A stretch of 64,000 nucleotides of DNA from an uncultured Acidobacteriota bacterium (GTDB lineage: Bacteria > Acidobacteriota > Vicinamibacteria > Vicinamibacterales > JAKQTR01). This document shows, one piece after another, positions 27,144 through 36,988 of the stretch. Where the stretch lies: assembly GCA_963809475.1 (NCBI GenBank), contig CAWEJS010000001.1:80570-144569 (forward strand), read 5' to 3'. The translations under genes were made by a program, and so were the position numbers. The first letter of the stretch is position 1; each line of letters opens with the position of its first letter. The notes beneath the pieces were generated by a model. The model did not search any database and was not told where the DNA came from. It was given only the letters and a program-made list of their open reading frames with translations.

Positions 27144-30116
27144 ATGAACGCTGGATTCGCCCGCCGGGTTTGCGCCCGGACGCCCATCGTCGCCTGCCTG
27201 GTGGTGTGCGCCGCCCTGGCCTCTCCACTTCACGCCCAGAAGCCCGCGGCCGCGCAGAAGCTGGATGCAGCCTACACGAAGCTGATCAAGGACTACACGC
27301 AGGACGCGCGCATCAGCACGGAGCTCGTCGATCACATGCCGGCGAGCGACAAAGTGCCGTCGCCGCTCACGTTCTTCGGGCGCATCCCGGGAACGCCCGG
27401 CGAGTTGACGTACGCGAAGGACATCCAGCGCTACTACGAGGCCCTCGCGAAGTCGTCCCCACGCTTCAAGTACTGGACGATTGGCAAGTCGGAGGAGGGC
27501 CGCGACATGATCCTCCTGGCCGTCGCAGACGAGGCCACCATCAAGACGCTCGACAAGTACAAGGCCGATCTCAGCGCGCTGACCGACCCGCGCACGACGA
27601 CTGAAGCGCAGGCGCGGCAGATCATCAAGACGGCGAAGCCCATTTACTGGGTGACCGCCGGCATGCACTCGGGCGAGACGGGCGGGCCCGAGATGCTGAT
27701 CGAGCTGCCGTACCGCCTCGCGGTCGAGGAGACGCCCTTCATCCAGAACATCCGCAAGAACGTCATCGTCTTCATCACGCCGGTGCTCGAGGTGGACGGC
27801 CGGGAGAAGCACGTCGACACCTACTACTACGGGAAGAAGACCGGAAAGCAGCGGCCGCCGCTCGTCTACTGGGGCAAGTACGTCGCTCACGACAACAACC
27901 GCGACGCCATGGGGCAGATGCTCAAGCTGACGCAGCACGTCAACAAGACGTTCCTCGAGTGGAAGCCGACGATCCTCCACGACCTGCACGAGGCGTCGAA
28001 CTACCTTTACGCCTCCACCGGCACCGGCCCTTACACCGAGGCGCTCGACGCCATCACCATCGACGAATGGTGGGCTTTGGCGAACACCGAGGTCATGGAG
28101 ATGGCCAAGCGGAACGTGCCGGGCGTCTGGACCTACGGTTTCTACGACGGCTGGACCCCGAACTACATGTTCTACATCGCCCACACGAAGAACGCCGTCG
28201 GGCGGTTCTACGAAGTCCAGAGCTACGGCCCGGACATCGTCGAGAACCTGCGCATGGGCACGAACGCGACCAGCCGCGAGTGGTTCCGCCCGAACCCGCC
28301 GTTGCCGTCGATCAAGTGGGGCCCGCGCAACAACACGAACATCCAGGAGTCGGCGCTGCTCCTCGCCCTCAACTACGTGGCGAAGAACCGCGAGACGTTC
28401 CTCGAGAACTACTGGCTCAAGAACCAGCGCGCGGTGAACAAGGGCAGGACGGAGGCGCCGTTTGCCTGGGTGATCCCGGCCGCACAGCGGCGCAAGGCCG
28501 AGGCCGCGGATCTCGTGAACGCGTTGCGCCGCCAGGGCCTCGAGATCTCCCGGGCGGACGCGCCGTTCAAGGCGGGCGCCGCCGACGTCGCCGCCGGCGA
28601 CTACGTCATCCGCGCCGACCAGCCCTACCGGACGATGGCCGAGATGTACTTCGGGTTGCAGAACTACGCGCCGGCAAACCCGAGGCCGTACGACGACACC
28701 GGCTGGACCATGCAGCTGATGAGGAACGTCAAGCTGGTGCCCGTGGCGGACAAGGGCGTGCTCGCCCAGCCGATGACGTTCGTCGCGGCCGACGTGAGGG
28801 CGCCTGGAGGCATCGAGGGCACGGGCCCGGTGCTCGTCGTCGAACACACGAGCGACAGCAACGTGGTGACGTTCCGCTTCACGCATGCCGGAGTCAAGAT
28901 GCTGGCGGCGGAAGAAGACTTCATGCTGGCCGGACACCAGTTCCGCGCCGGGGCGTTCATCATCCCCAATGCCGATCGCGCGGCGCTCGAGCCGACGTTG
29001 AAGAACCTGGGCCTGTCGGCGTGGGCGGTGAGCACTGCGCCCACGGTCAAGACGCACGACCTCGACGTGCCGCGCATCGGCTACGTGCACTCGTGGTCGC
29101 GCACGCAGGACGAGGGTTGGGTCCGCGCGGCCTTCGACGTCTACGGCGTGCCCTACACCTACTTCGGCGACATCAAGCTGCGCGAGGGCAACCTGCGGGC
29201 GAAGTACGACGTGATCGTGTTCCCGCACGTCGGCGGCACCGCGCAGTCCATGGTGAACGGCATCGCCAGGACCGGCGCCGACCCGGTGCCATACAAGAAG
29301 TCCGAGTTGACGCCCAACCTCGGCGTCCAGGACCAGGCCGATGACATTCGCGGCGGGATGGGCCTCGAAGGCCTGATGAACCTCTACCAGTTCGTCAAGG
29401 ACGGCGGCCTGCTCATCGTCGAAGGCGCGACGTCCACCATCTTCCCCGAGTACAAGCTCGTGAATGGCGTGACGGTGGAGAACCCCGAGGGGCTGTTCGT
29501 GCGCGGGTCCATCATGCGCGGCGTGGTGGCCGACGCGAGGAGCCCGATCGTCTACGGGTGGGACGGCGCGCAGTTGCCCGTGTACTTCAGCCAGGATCCC
29601 GTGCTGGCCGTCGGCGGCTTTGGCGGTGGAGGCGGCCGCGGCGGGTTCGGCGGCGGCGCGCAGATTCCCGGCGTCGGCATGACTGTCGCGCCCAACGCGA
29701 GCGCGACGCAGAAGCTGTCGCCGTGGGAGGCGGGGAGTGCACCGGTGGTTGCAGGCACGGTTGGCAGCGGCCCGGTGACAGGCGTGGCCGCCGGCGGTCC
29801 GAGCGGCGGACGTGCCGGGGGGCCCGGCGGTGGCCCTTCGGCAGGCTCAGGGCAGGCAGGGTTCGCCGGGTTCGGCGCCGATGCGCCGCGGGTCATCCTG
29901 CGCTTCCCGACCAACCCTGACGAGATGCTTCTGTCAGGAGTGCTCGTCGGCGGCCAGGCGCTCTCAGGGCGCGCCCAAGTCGTGGACGCGCCCATCGGCA
30001 CGGGCCACGTCGTGATGTTCGCCATCCGGCCCTACTGGCGCTGGCAGACCCAGGGCACCTACTTCCTGGGTTTCAATGCGATCATGAACTGGAACGACCT
30101 CGGCGCCGGGAAGTGA
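27144..30116 (+). CDS. M14 family zinc carboxypeptidase
   Basis: Signal peptide; GKSEEGR, MHSGE, HDNNRD, HDLHE, PYDDTGWT. Confidence 0.9.
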   Translation: MNAGFARRVCARTPIVACLVVCAALASPLHAQKPAAAQKLDAAYTKLIKDYTQDARISTELVDHMPASDKVPSPLTFFGRIPGTPGELTYAKDIQRYYEALAKSSPRFKYWTIGKSEEGRDMILLAVADEATIKTLDKYKADLSALTDPRTTTEAQARQIIKTAKPIYWVTAGMHSGETGGPEMLIELPYRLAVEETPFIQNIRKNVIVFITPVLEVDGREKHVDTYYYGKKTGKQRPPLVYWGKYVAHDNNRDAMGQMLKLTQHVNKTFLEWKPTILHDLHEASNYLYASTGTGPYTEALDAITIDEWWALANTEVMEMAKRNVPGVWTYGFYDGWTPNYMFYIAHTKNAVGRFYEVQSYGPDIVENLRMGTNATSREWFRPNPPLPSIKWGPRNNTNIQESALLLALNYVAKNRETFLENYWLKNQRAVNKGRTEAPFAWVIPAAQRRKAEAADLVNALRRQGLEISRADAPFKAGAADVAAGDYVIRADQPYRTMAEMYFGLQNYAPANPRPYDDTGWTMQLMRNVKLVPVADKGVLAQPMTFVAADVRAPGGIEGTGPVLVVEHTSDSNVVTFRFTHAGVKMLAAEEDFMLAGHQFRAGAFIIPNADRAALEPTLKNLGLSAWAVSTAPTVKTHDLDVPRIGYVHSWSRTQDEGWVRAAFDVYGVPYTYFGDIKLREGNLRAKYDVIVFPHVGGTAQSMVNGIARTGADPVPYKKSELTPNLGVQDQADDIRGGMGLEGLMNLYQFVKDGGLLIVEGATSTIFPEYKLVNGVTVENPEGLFVRGSIMRGVVADARSPIVYGWDGAQLPVYFSQDPVLAVGGFGGGGGRGGFGGGAQIPGVGMTVAPNASATQKLSPWEAGSAPVVAGTVGSGPVTGVAAGGPSGGRAGGPGGGPSAGSGQAGFAGFGADAPRVILRFPTNPDEMLLSGVLVGGQALSGRAQVVDAPIGTGHVVMFAIRPYWRWQTQGTYFLGFNAIMNWNDLGAGK

Positions 30117-30123
30117 AGGAGGG

Positions 30124-32853
30124 TCAGCGGAGCAGGGCGGCCTCGGGCGGCACGAGACTGATGCGCCGCACGCGGGGGAGCGCGCCGCCCTTGATGCGCA
30201 TCGTTACGCGATTGAGCCCGTCGATCCAGGCGGCGGCAGGTGTCGCCCAGTCCAGCGTGTTCCAGGCTGTCGCGTACGGGCGGGTGCCGAGGCTCTGCCC
30301 GTTCACGAGCAGTTCGGCCGTGCCGCCGTCGGCGGCTCCGCCAAGGCGGATGCTGACAGCGACCGGCGAGGGCTTTCCAAGCGGCAGCACGAGCTCGGCT
30401 TCCGGATCCGAGAGTTCACGCTCGAATCCGAATGCGGTTGGCCAGACGCGGCCCCAGCCGCCTCCAAAGTACTTGTCGCCGCCTGGTCCCAGATACACCG
30501 CGGTGGTTGGCAGACTGGCCGAGAGACTGAGGGGCTCGGCCGGCGGCGCACACACGATCGCATGGGGAGCCTCCGGAACGTCCACACGGCCGCGTGCGAT
30601 GACCCAACTCGGAACGCCTCCGAGCAGCAGGTCGAACACGCTGAATTGGCCTTTGTCGTTGACAGTGACAGCGACGCGCGCGACGGCCCGCGCCAACAAC
30701 AGTGCCTCCACAGGCGGCACGTGGTCCTGGAGAAGACGTGCGGCGAGCCCGTTCCCGCCGTCGGATTCCCGCCTGAATTGCTCCGTGAGTATCCCCGGTG
30801 TGCCGGTCCCGGAGTACTCGCCCAGCCTGATCCGCAGCGGGGCTGTCGAGGCGACGTACAGATCCAACCCGGCCAGCGCCGGTCTGCGGTTGTCGAGATA
30901 GCCGGACAAGACAGTGCCCTTGACCTGCTTCAAAGACACCCAGTTCCCGCGCCCGACCTCGGCGCACGACTCCGGTCGGATCGCCTCGCCGACCTCGAAC
31001 AGCGGGCGCCTGCCCATTTGCATCGGTACGCGCATCCCTTGTTCTGGCAGTGCCGCGTACGCGCTATGGACGTGGCTCCCCATCTCGACGATGACGAGGC
31101 CGCGACGGGACTCGACAACCGATTCACCGCCGATCCGTATCTCGGCCCGGCCGCCGGTTACGGTGGCCATGATGTCGGCCGGGGCTGCCACGCCCGTGTC
31201 ACCCAGCATCTGACCGGCCGGTATGGTGACCTGCCCGTCGAAGCCATCAGGCGTTCTCGCGACGATGCCGGCATTCTTCACGGCGATGACGACGGCCCGA
31301 CCATGAGGAGTCCCGCCGGCGACGAGGCCTAGCGAAGGAACCGCCGGCCACGGGTCCGCCGTGCCGGAGAGGACGACGACCCACCCCGGGTCGAGCGTCC
31401 TGAGCCTCTCGTCCAGCGTAAGCCCGAATAACTCGACGGGCTTCATGACATGACCGCGCGCGAGGAGATCCCGCCCTCCTCCGAAAGCGAAAACGGAGAT
31501 GCCTTCCTCGAGCAGCGGCTCCACACGATCAGGTGTCGGGGGGACGCTCGTGATGACCCACTTCTGGCCAGTCACCACCTTCTGGTACTCGATCATGTGA
31601 TCCAGCGTGTAGTGCTCGGCGACGAACGCCGCCTTGGGCGGCAGACTGCCGAACAGCACTCGCATGTAGTCCATGTCATATACGTCATTGCGGTGGTTGT
31701 TCACCGTGTAGTTGCCGACCGCGAGGACGGCCGCGATCGACACGGCGACACCTGCAGCCGCGGCTGAGGCAAGCCGGGCAGGCGCGCGCGACCGAAGTGC
31801 CACGCGGAGGCCGTCGATCCCGCAACCCACCAGCATCCAGAGGAGCGCAACAGCAGGCAAGGCGATTGGGCCGATCGCGACGTCTCCAAGCAAGGCGAGC
31901 AGCAGGAGCTGTCCCGCGCTGGCTCCGACGAGCAAGGCGCCAAGGCACCGCTCCCGCCTGAACAGCCACACCGCGCCGGCCGCGGCAAACATGGCAGCGG
32001 CCCAGCCCGTCTCGGAGCGGACCGCCCTCAGGACCGCAGGTATCCGCCGCTCGGCCACCACCGTGGGCGGATCTTTGAAAGCCAGCGACTCGAACTGCTT
32101 GGCTCTCATGACGTCCACCAGTTCGCGCAGGTTCCCCGCCCGGGATTCGAGGTACGTCGAATGCTGGATCGTGCGAACCCACACGTAGCCGTACTGCGCG
32201 AGCCCGGCTGCGACGATCAGAGCTGAGACGACGGCGACACGCCATGGCGGGCGCCACCTGAACCTCGCCAGCACGAAGAGCACAAATGCGGGCAGGGAGC
32301 CCACGAAGATCAGGTGTGCGCCGAACGCGAGACTGGCCAGAGCGACCGCGGCGTAGAGCCATTGCAGGCGTTGCGACCGGACCCAGTACAGCAGCAGGAG
32401 CATCGCCGCCGCCGTCAGTGCCGCCGCCAGCGTGTAGACCTCGGCGAACACCGAGTGCTGCCAGAACGTGCGCCCCAGCCCCATCGCGCACGCGACGCCC
32501 AGCGCAACCCATCGGTAGACCCGAAGCCTCCTCATGGCGAGGAACACGAACGCGCAGGCGGAGGCCCCGCAGAGGGCCGAGAACACATTGATGCGGTAGG
32601 CCAGTGTCCCGAATGGCAGGCGGGACCAGGCGTGGGTGAGAGTCGTGTAGAGCGGGTATCCGGGATCGTGGGGCGTGCCCAGCACCGCGCCGATGTACTG
32701 GAACTTGGCGGTATCCTCGGTACCGCCGAGGCCGGGCAGCAACGTGAGGAGATACAGGAGGAACAGCGAAACGAAGACGGCAGCGGCGGCAGCCCAATCA
32801 ACCCAGTCCCGATCCTGCGCGGCCTGACGCGTGGTCGTTATCGTGGCAGCCAT
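30124..32853 (-). CDS. DUF2723 / TMEM260-like polytopic glycosyltransferase with a long C-terminal extracytoplasmic extension
   Basis: LYLLTLLPG..GTED..FQ, HDPGYPLY, AYRINVFSA, AEVYTL; start placed at ATG 32853. Confidence 0.8.
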   Translation of the reverse strand: MAATITTTRQAAQDRDWVDWAAAAAVFVSLFLLYLLTLLPGLGGTEDTAKFQYIGAVLGTPHDPGYPLYTTLTHAWSRLPFGTLAYRINVFSALCGASACAFVFLAMRRLRVYRWVALGVACAMGLGRTFWQHSVFAEVYTLAAALTAAAMLLLLYWVRSQRLQWLYAAVALASLAFGAHLIFVGSLPAFVLFVLARFRWRPPWRVAVVSALIVAAGLAQYGYVWVRTIQHSTYLESRAGNLRELVDVMRAKQFESLAFKDPPTVVAERRIPAVLRAVRSETGWAAAMFAAAGAVWLFRRERCLGALLVGASAGQLLLLALLGDVAIGPIALPAVALLWMLVGCGIDGLRVALRSRAPARLASAAAAGVAVSIAAVLAVGNYTVNNHRNDVYDMDYMRVLFGSLPPKAAFVAEHYTLDHMIEYQKVVTGQKWVITSVPPTPDRVEPLLEEGISVFAFGGGRDLLARGHVMKPVELFGLTLDERLRTLDPGWVVVLSGTADPWPAVPSLGLVAGGTPHGRAVVIAVKNAGIVARTPDGFDGQVTIPAGQMLGDTGVAAPADIMATVTGGRAEIRIGGESVVESRRGLVIVEMGSHVHSAYAALPEQGMRVPMQMGRRPLFEVGEAIRPESCAEVGRGNWVSLKQVKGTVLSGYLDNRRPALAGLDLYVASTAPLRIRLGEYSGTGTPGILTEQFRRESDGGNGLAARLLQDHVPPVEALLLARAVARVAVTVNDKGQFSVFDLLLGGVPSWVIARGRVDVPEAPHAIVCAPPAEPLSLSASLPTTAVYLGPGGDKYFGGGWGRVWPTAFGFERELSDPEAELVLPLGKPSPVAVSIRLGGAADGGTAELLVNGQSLGTRPYATAWNTLDWATPAAAWIDGLNRVTMRIKGGALPRVRRISLVPPEAALLR

Positions 32854-32903
32854 TATGCCACGGCGGGCCGCGGTCTCCCGGGCTCCCTGGGCGGCCCGCC
32901 TCG

Positions 32904-33454
32904 CAGGGGCCGCCAGTTGGCGTGCCCGATCTGCAGGAACACACAGTTCTACACGCGCGCGTACCTGCTGAACACACGCATCGCGGGCTTCTTCAACTTC
33001 GACTGGGCCAACAAGGCCGCCCTCACGTTCGTCTGCGAACAGTGCGGCCACATCCTGTGGTTTCGGCCGCATCCGCCTGGCGGGCAACACCGGCGTGGGC
33101 CTGCTGATGGTGGACCAGGAACTCGCGAGCGGCAACATTCCTGGCGCCCCGGCGGAACCGCCGGCGGCGGGCGGCGCCCAGGCGTAGCGGCGGGGCTCAG
33201 TACCCCTTTGCCGCGCCGACGCGCCGCGGGTGATCCTGCGCTTCCCGGCGAATCCGGACGAGATGCTCCTTTCGGGCGTGCTCGTCGGCGGGCAGGCGCT
33301 CTCGGGCCGTGCCCAAGTCGTGGACGCGCCCGTCGGCACGGGCCACGTTGTGATGTTCGCCATCCGGCCGTATTGGCGCTGGCAGACCCAGGACACCTAC
33401 TTCCTGGGGTCCAATGCGATCATGAATTGGAACGATCTGAACGCGGGGAAGTAG
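32904..33454. pseudogene. Mosaic relic of four neighbouring genes (zinc-ribbon, ferritin 3' end, GGT 3' end, M14 3' end)
   Basis: 32904-33063 matches 36237-36396; 33063-33174 matches 36834-36945; 33197-33218 matches 37655-37676; 33213-33454 matches 29875-30116. Confidence 0.9.
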
Positions 33455-33567
33455 ACAACAATTCGCGTCGCCTTGCGCCATTCCGGGCACCGCTCCCTGC
33501 GGGATGGGCGCGGTCGATTCCTCAGCCCGCCCGCTGCCTGTGCGCCTGTGCGCGCTCCGCATGCCAG

Positions 33568-33583
33568 TGGCGCGTTCCTTGCA
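33568..33583 (+). promoter_or_regulatory. Sigma54 (-24/-12) promoter
   Basis: TGGCGCGTTCCTTGCA, GG-N10-GC, about 90 nt upstream of GTG 33672. Confidence 0.6.
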
Positions 33584-33671
33584 CGGTTCGTCATGTGGAG
33601 AGTTGTGCCATACTGCTCGCGTCCCCTCCAGCAGCCGTGGTTCTCCGCACAGCGTGTGGAAGGAGCACCCA

Positions 33672-36044
33672 GTGACTCGTGGTACTCGAACGCGCGGAGC
33701 CATCCTGGCGGCGGGATGCGCGCTTCTCGCCTTCTCTCTCAGCGCGAATGCCCAGACGGCCGTGCCGTCGTTCGACCCGGGCGCCAACGCCGCCATCTAC
33801 GCGATCGCGGTACAGCCAGACGGGAAGATCCTCGTCGGCGGCTCCTTCACGATGCTGGGCGGCGGCGGCTCGGGCTCGACGCCGCGCAACCACATCGGGC
33901 GGCTCAATGCCGACGGGTCCCTGGACACCGAATTCAACCCCGGCGCCGACAGCTACGTCTACGCGATTGCCGTGCAGCCCGACGGGAAGATTCTCGTCGG
34001 CGGCGACTTCTCGGCACTGGGCGACGGCGGCTCCGGCACCGCTCGGCACCGCATCGGACGGCTCAATGCCGACGGGTCGGTTGACGGGAGCTTCGACCCG
34101 GGCGCCAACAGCGCGGTGTACGCCTTCGCGATTCAGCCGGACGGGAAGATCGTGGCCGTTGGCAGCTTCACGATGCTCGGCGGCGGCGGGGCGGGCACGA
34201 CGGTACGCCACCGGATTGGCCGGCTCGACAGCAACGGCTCCCTCGACGTGGACTTCAATCCCGGCGCGAACGCGGTGATCATCTCCACGTGCCTGCAGAG
34301 GGACGGCAAGATCGTCGTGGCCGGCCTGTTCACGATGCTGGGCGGCGGCGGGACAGGGACCACGGCGCGCAGCCACATCGGGCGGATCGACGGCAGCGGC
34401 TCGCTCGACACGGGCTTCGACCCCGGCGCGAACGGCGACGTCGTCGCGACTGCCTTGCAGCCCGACGGAAAGATCCTCGTCGGCGGGACCTTCTCGATGC
34501 TGGGCGGCGGCGGATCGGGCACGACCGAGCGCTACGCAATCGGGCGGATCAACAGCAACGGTTCGTTGGACCCGGACTTCAATCCCGGCGCGAACAGCAC
34601 CGTGCTCGGCCTCGCCGTGCAGGCGGACGGGAAAATCGTCGCGGGCGGGTACTTCTCCATGCTCGGCGGCGGCGAGCGCTCCTATGTCGGGCGCTTGAAC
34701 GCCAACGGTTCGCTCGACGCCGGGTTCGATCCCGGAGCGGACAATTCCACGCCGGCCGTCGCGGTGCGGGGCGACGGGGGCGTCCTGGTCGGCGGCTCCT
34801 TCTCCGACGTCGGCGGCGCGCCCCGCAGCCGGATCGCGCTCCTGTCGAACCCCGACGCTTCGGTCCAGGATCTCAGCGTCGCGGGCGACGGCACGTCGGT
34901 GACGTGGTTGCGCGGCGGCGGCAGCCCCGAGGTGGCGCGCGCGAGCTTCGAGTTCTCGACCGACGGCCTGACGTACACGCCGCTCGGTGCCGGCTCGTAC
35001 GTTTCAGGCGGCTGGCAGATCACCGGGCTCAGCCTGCCGGTGGAGGGGAACCGCTACGTGCGCGCGCGCGGGTTCTATGCCACGGGCCAGTCGGACGGTT
35101 CGGGGTCGATTGTCGAGTCCGTCTGGCGGTCCGTCGCGGCGACCCGCAGCGACTTCGACGGCGACCTGACGTCGGACGTCATGTGGCGGAACATCGCACA
35201 AGGCGACATCTGGCTGTGGTCGATGGCTGGCGGGGCGAAGGCGTCGGAAGCCTACGTGGGGACGGTGGCGGACCTGAATTGGGAGATTCGCGGGCAGGGC
35301 GACCAGGACGGCGACGGGAAGTCGGACTTCCTCTGGCGGAACAAAGCCACCGGGATGATCTACTACTGGCGGATGGACGGCGGCACGCCGGCAGGAGAGT
35401 CGTACGTGTCGACGGTGGACCTCGCCTACGACATCATCGGCACGGGTGACTTCGACGGGGACGGGAAATCGGACATCCTCTGGCGGAACACGGTGGTCGG
35501 GGACGTGTGGGTCTGGCGGATGGACGGGGCGACGGTGCTGGGCGAGGGTTACGTCGACACCGTGGGCCCGGGCTACGTCGTGAAGGGCATCGGCGACCTG
35601 GACGGGGACACCGCGGAGGACGTGGTGTGGTACGGCGCGGCGGGGGACGTCTGGGCGTGGCTGATGGACGGCACGGCCAAGAAGTCGCAGGCTTACGTCG
35701 GCACGGTGGAAGAACTGGCGTTTCAGATCCAGCAGGTGGCGGACTTCGACGGCGACAGGAAGGCCGACCTCCTGTGGTGGAACAACGTGTCCGGCGAGGT
35801 GTGGATCTGGCAGATGGACGGCACGTCGGTGGCGTCGAAGCACTTCGTCGGGGTCGTCCCGGAGACGAACTACCGCGTCATGGCGGCGGGAGACTACAAC
35901 GGCGACACCAGAGCGGACATCCTGTGGCGCCACGCGACGCGCGGCGACCTGTGGGTGTGGCTGATGAACGGCCCCGTGAAGGAGTCCGAGATCTACCTCG
36001 GCATGGTGCCGGACACGAACTACCAGATCGTCTTGGCGAAGTAG
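33672..36044 (+). CDS. Secreted protein with 7 delta-60 repeats and 6 FG-GAP repeats
   Basis: RBS AGGAG; signal peptide; AVQPDGKILVGG-type repeats x7; DFDGDGKSDILWRN-type repeats x6. Confidence 0.88.
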   Translation: MTRGTRTRGAILAAGCALLAFSLSANAQTAVPSFDPGANAAIYAIAVQPDGKILVGGSFTMLGGGGSGSTPRNHIGRLNADGSLDTEFNPGADSYVYAIAVQPDGKILVGGDFSALGDGGSGTARHRIGRLNADGSVDGSFDPGANSAVYAFAIQPDGKIVAVGSFTMLGGGGAGTTVRHRIGRLDSNGSLDVDFNPGANAVIISTCLQRDGKIVVAGLFTMLGGGGTGTTARSHIGRIDGSGSLDTGFDPGANGDVVATALQPDGKILVGGTFSMLGGGGSGTTERYAIGRINSNGSLDPDFNPGANSTVLGLAVQADGKIVAGGYFSMLGGGERSYVGRLNANGSLDAGFDPGADNSTPAVAVRGDGGVLVGGSFSDVGGAPRSRIALLSNPDASVQDLSVAGDGTSVTWLRGGGSPEVARASFEFSTDGLTYTPLGAGSYVSGGWQITGLSLPVEGNRYVRARGFYATGQSDGSGSIVESVWRSVAATRSDFDGDLTSDVMWRNIAQGDIWLWSMAGGAKASEAYVGTVADLNWEIRGQGDQDGDGKSDFLWRNKATGMIYYWRMDGGTPAGESYVSTVDLAYDIIGTGDFDGDGKSDILWRNTVVGDVWVWRMDGATVLGEGYVDTVGPGYVVKGIGDLDGDTAEDVVWYGAAGDVWAWLMDGTAKKSQAYVGTVEELAFQIQQVADFDGDRKADLLWWNNVSGEVWIWQMDGTSVASKHFVGVVPETNYRVMAAGDYNGDTRADILWRHATRGDLWVWLMNGPVKESEIYLGMVPDTNYQIVLAK

Positions 36045-36201
36045 GCGCGGCCGCGGCGGGCGGCGCGAGCGCGATGCGCCCTCGTGGCGGAATTGACCAT
36101 GCAGGGGCGATAATTGCCGGCAATCGCCTGCGGCGGGTGGCGCAGGTCGGGGGTGACCGGCGACAGGACCCGGCACCGAGGCGATTGGGGGGGACCCGCC
36201 G

Positions 36202-36432
36202 ATGAGCAAGGATACCGAGGCTGCGCCGAGATCGGTCAGGGGCCGCCAGTTGGCGTGCCCGATCTGCAGGAACACGCAGTTCTACACGCGCGCCTACCTG
36301 CTGAACACGCGCGTCGCCAGCTTCTTCAATTTCGACTGGGCGAACAAGGCCGCCCTGACGTTCGTCTGCGAACAGTGCGGCCACATCCTGTGGTTTGCCG
36401 CCGACACCGAACACGAGGACCATCATGAATAA
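36202..36432 (+). CDS. Small zinc-ribbon protein
   Basis: CPIC...CEQCG; the duplicated copy differs mostly at synonymous sites, supporting this frame. Confidence 0.85.
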   Translation: MSKDTEAAPRSVRGRQLACPICRNTQFYTRAYLLNTRVASFFNFDWANKAALTFVCEQCGHILWFAADTEHEDHHE

Positions 36433-36955
36433 GGACCTGCTGAAAGGCCTGAACGAGCACCTGACGCTGGAATTCCGCGCGTCGCACGAATATCTCGCCA
36501 TGTCGACGTGGCTCACCGTCAACGACCTGCCCGGCTTCTCGAAGTGGATGCGCCAGCAGTCCGCCGCCGAGCTCACCCATGCGCAGCGCATCATCGACCA
36601 CATCCTCGAGCGCGACGAGCAGCCGATCCTGCCTGCCATCGCCGCGCCACCGAAGGGATGGAAGTCCGTGGAAGCCCTCTGCGCGCACGTCCTGAAGAAC
36701 GAGCAGGAGGTGACGGCGTCGATCCACGACCTCTACGCCGCCGCCGATCAGGCGAAGGACCGCGCGGCCGCCATCATGCTGCAGTGGTTCGTGACGGAGC
36801 AGGTCGAGGAGGAGGCGCAGGCGCGCGCCGTGCTCGGCCGCATCCGCCTGGCGGGCAACACCGGCGTCGGCTTGCTGATGGTGGACCAGGAACTCGCGAG
36901 CGGCAACATCCCCGGCGCGCCGGCGGAACCGCCGACGGCGGGCGGAGCGGCATAA
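36425..36955 (+). CDS. ftnA: Non-haem ferritin
   Basis: LNEH...EF.AS..YLAMS.W, E..HA, EQEVT, LQWFVTEQVEEE. Confidence 0.9.
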   Translation: MNKDLLKGLNEHLTLEFRASHEYLAMSTWLTVNDLPGFSKWMRQQSAAELTHAQRIIDHILERDEQPILPAIAAPPKGWKSVEALCAHVLKNEQEVTASIHDLYAAADQAKDRAAAIMLQWFVTEQVEEEAQARAVLGRIRLAGNTGVGLLMVDQELASGNIPGAPAEPPTAGGAA

Positions 36956-36988
36956 CGCGACTACCCATGAGAAGCTGAGGTACGGAGA

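Noticed and set aside
3716-29228. Numerous long antisense or off-frame ORFs (e.g. 3716-5941, 9507-11867, 27012-29228)
   Set aside because: Arg/Gly/Ala-rich shadows expected in high-GC DNA, overlapping well-supported genes and lacking motifs
32854-33396. N-terminal extension of the 1090-aa ORF 30124..33396
   Set aside because: It is the antisense reading of the mosaic relic; DUF2723-like sequence begins only after ATG 32853
32904-33454. Diversity-generating retroelement TR/VR pairs
   Set aside because: Differences between copies are mostly synonymous and include many C/G and C/T changes rather than adenine-specific ones; no reverse transcriptase in the window
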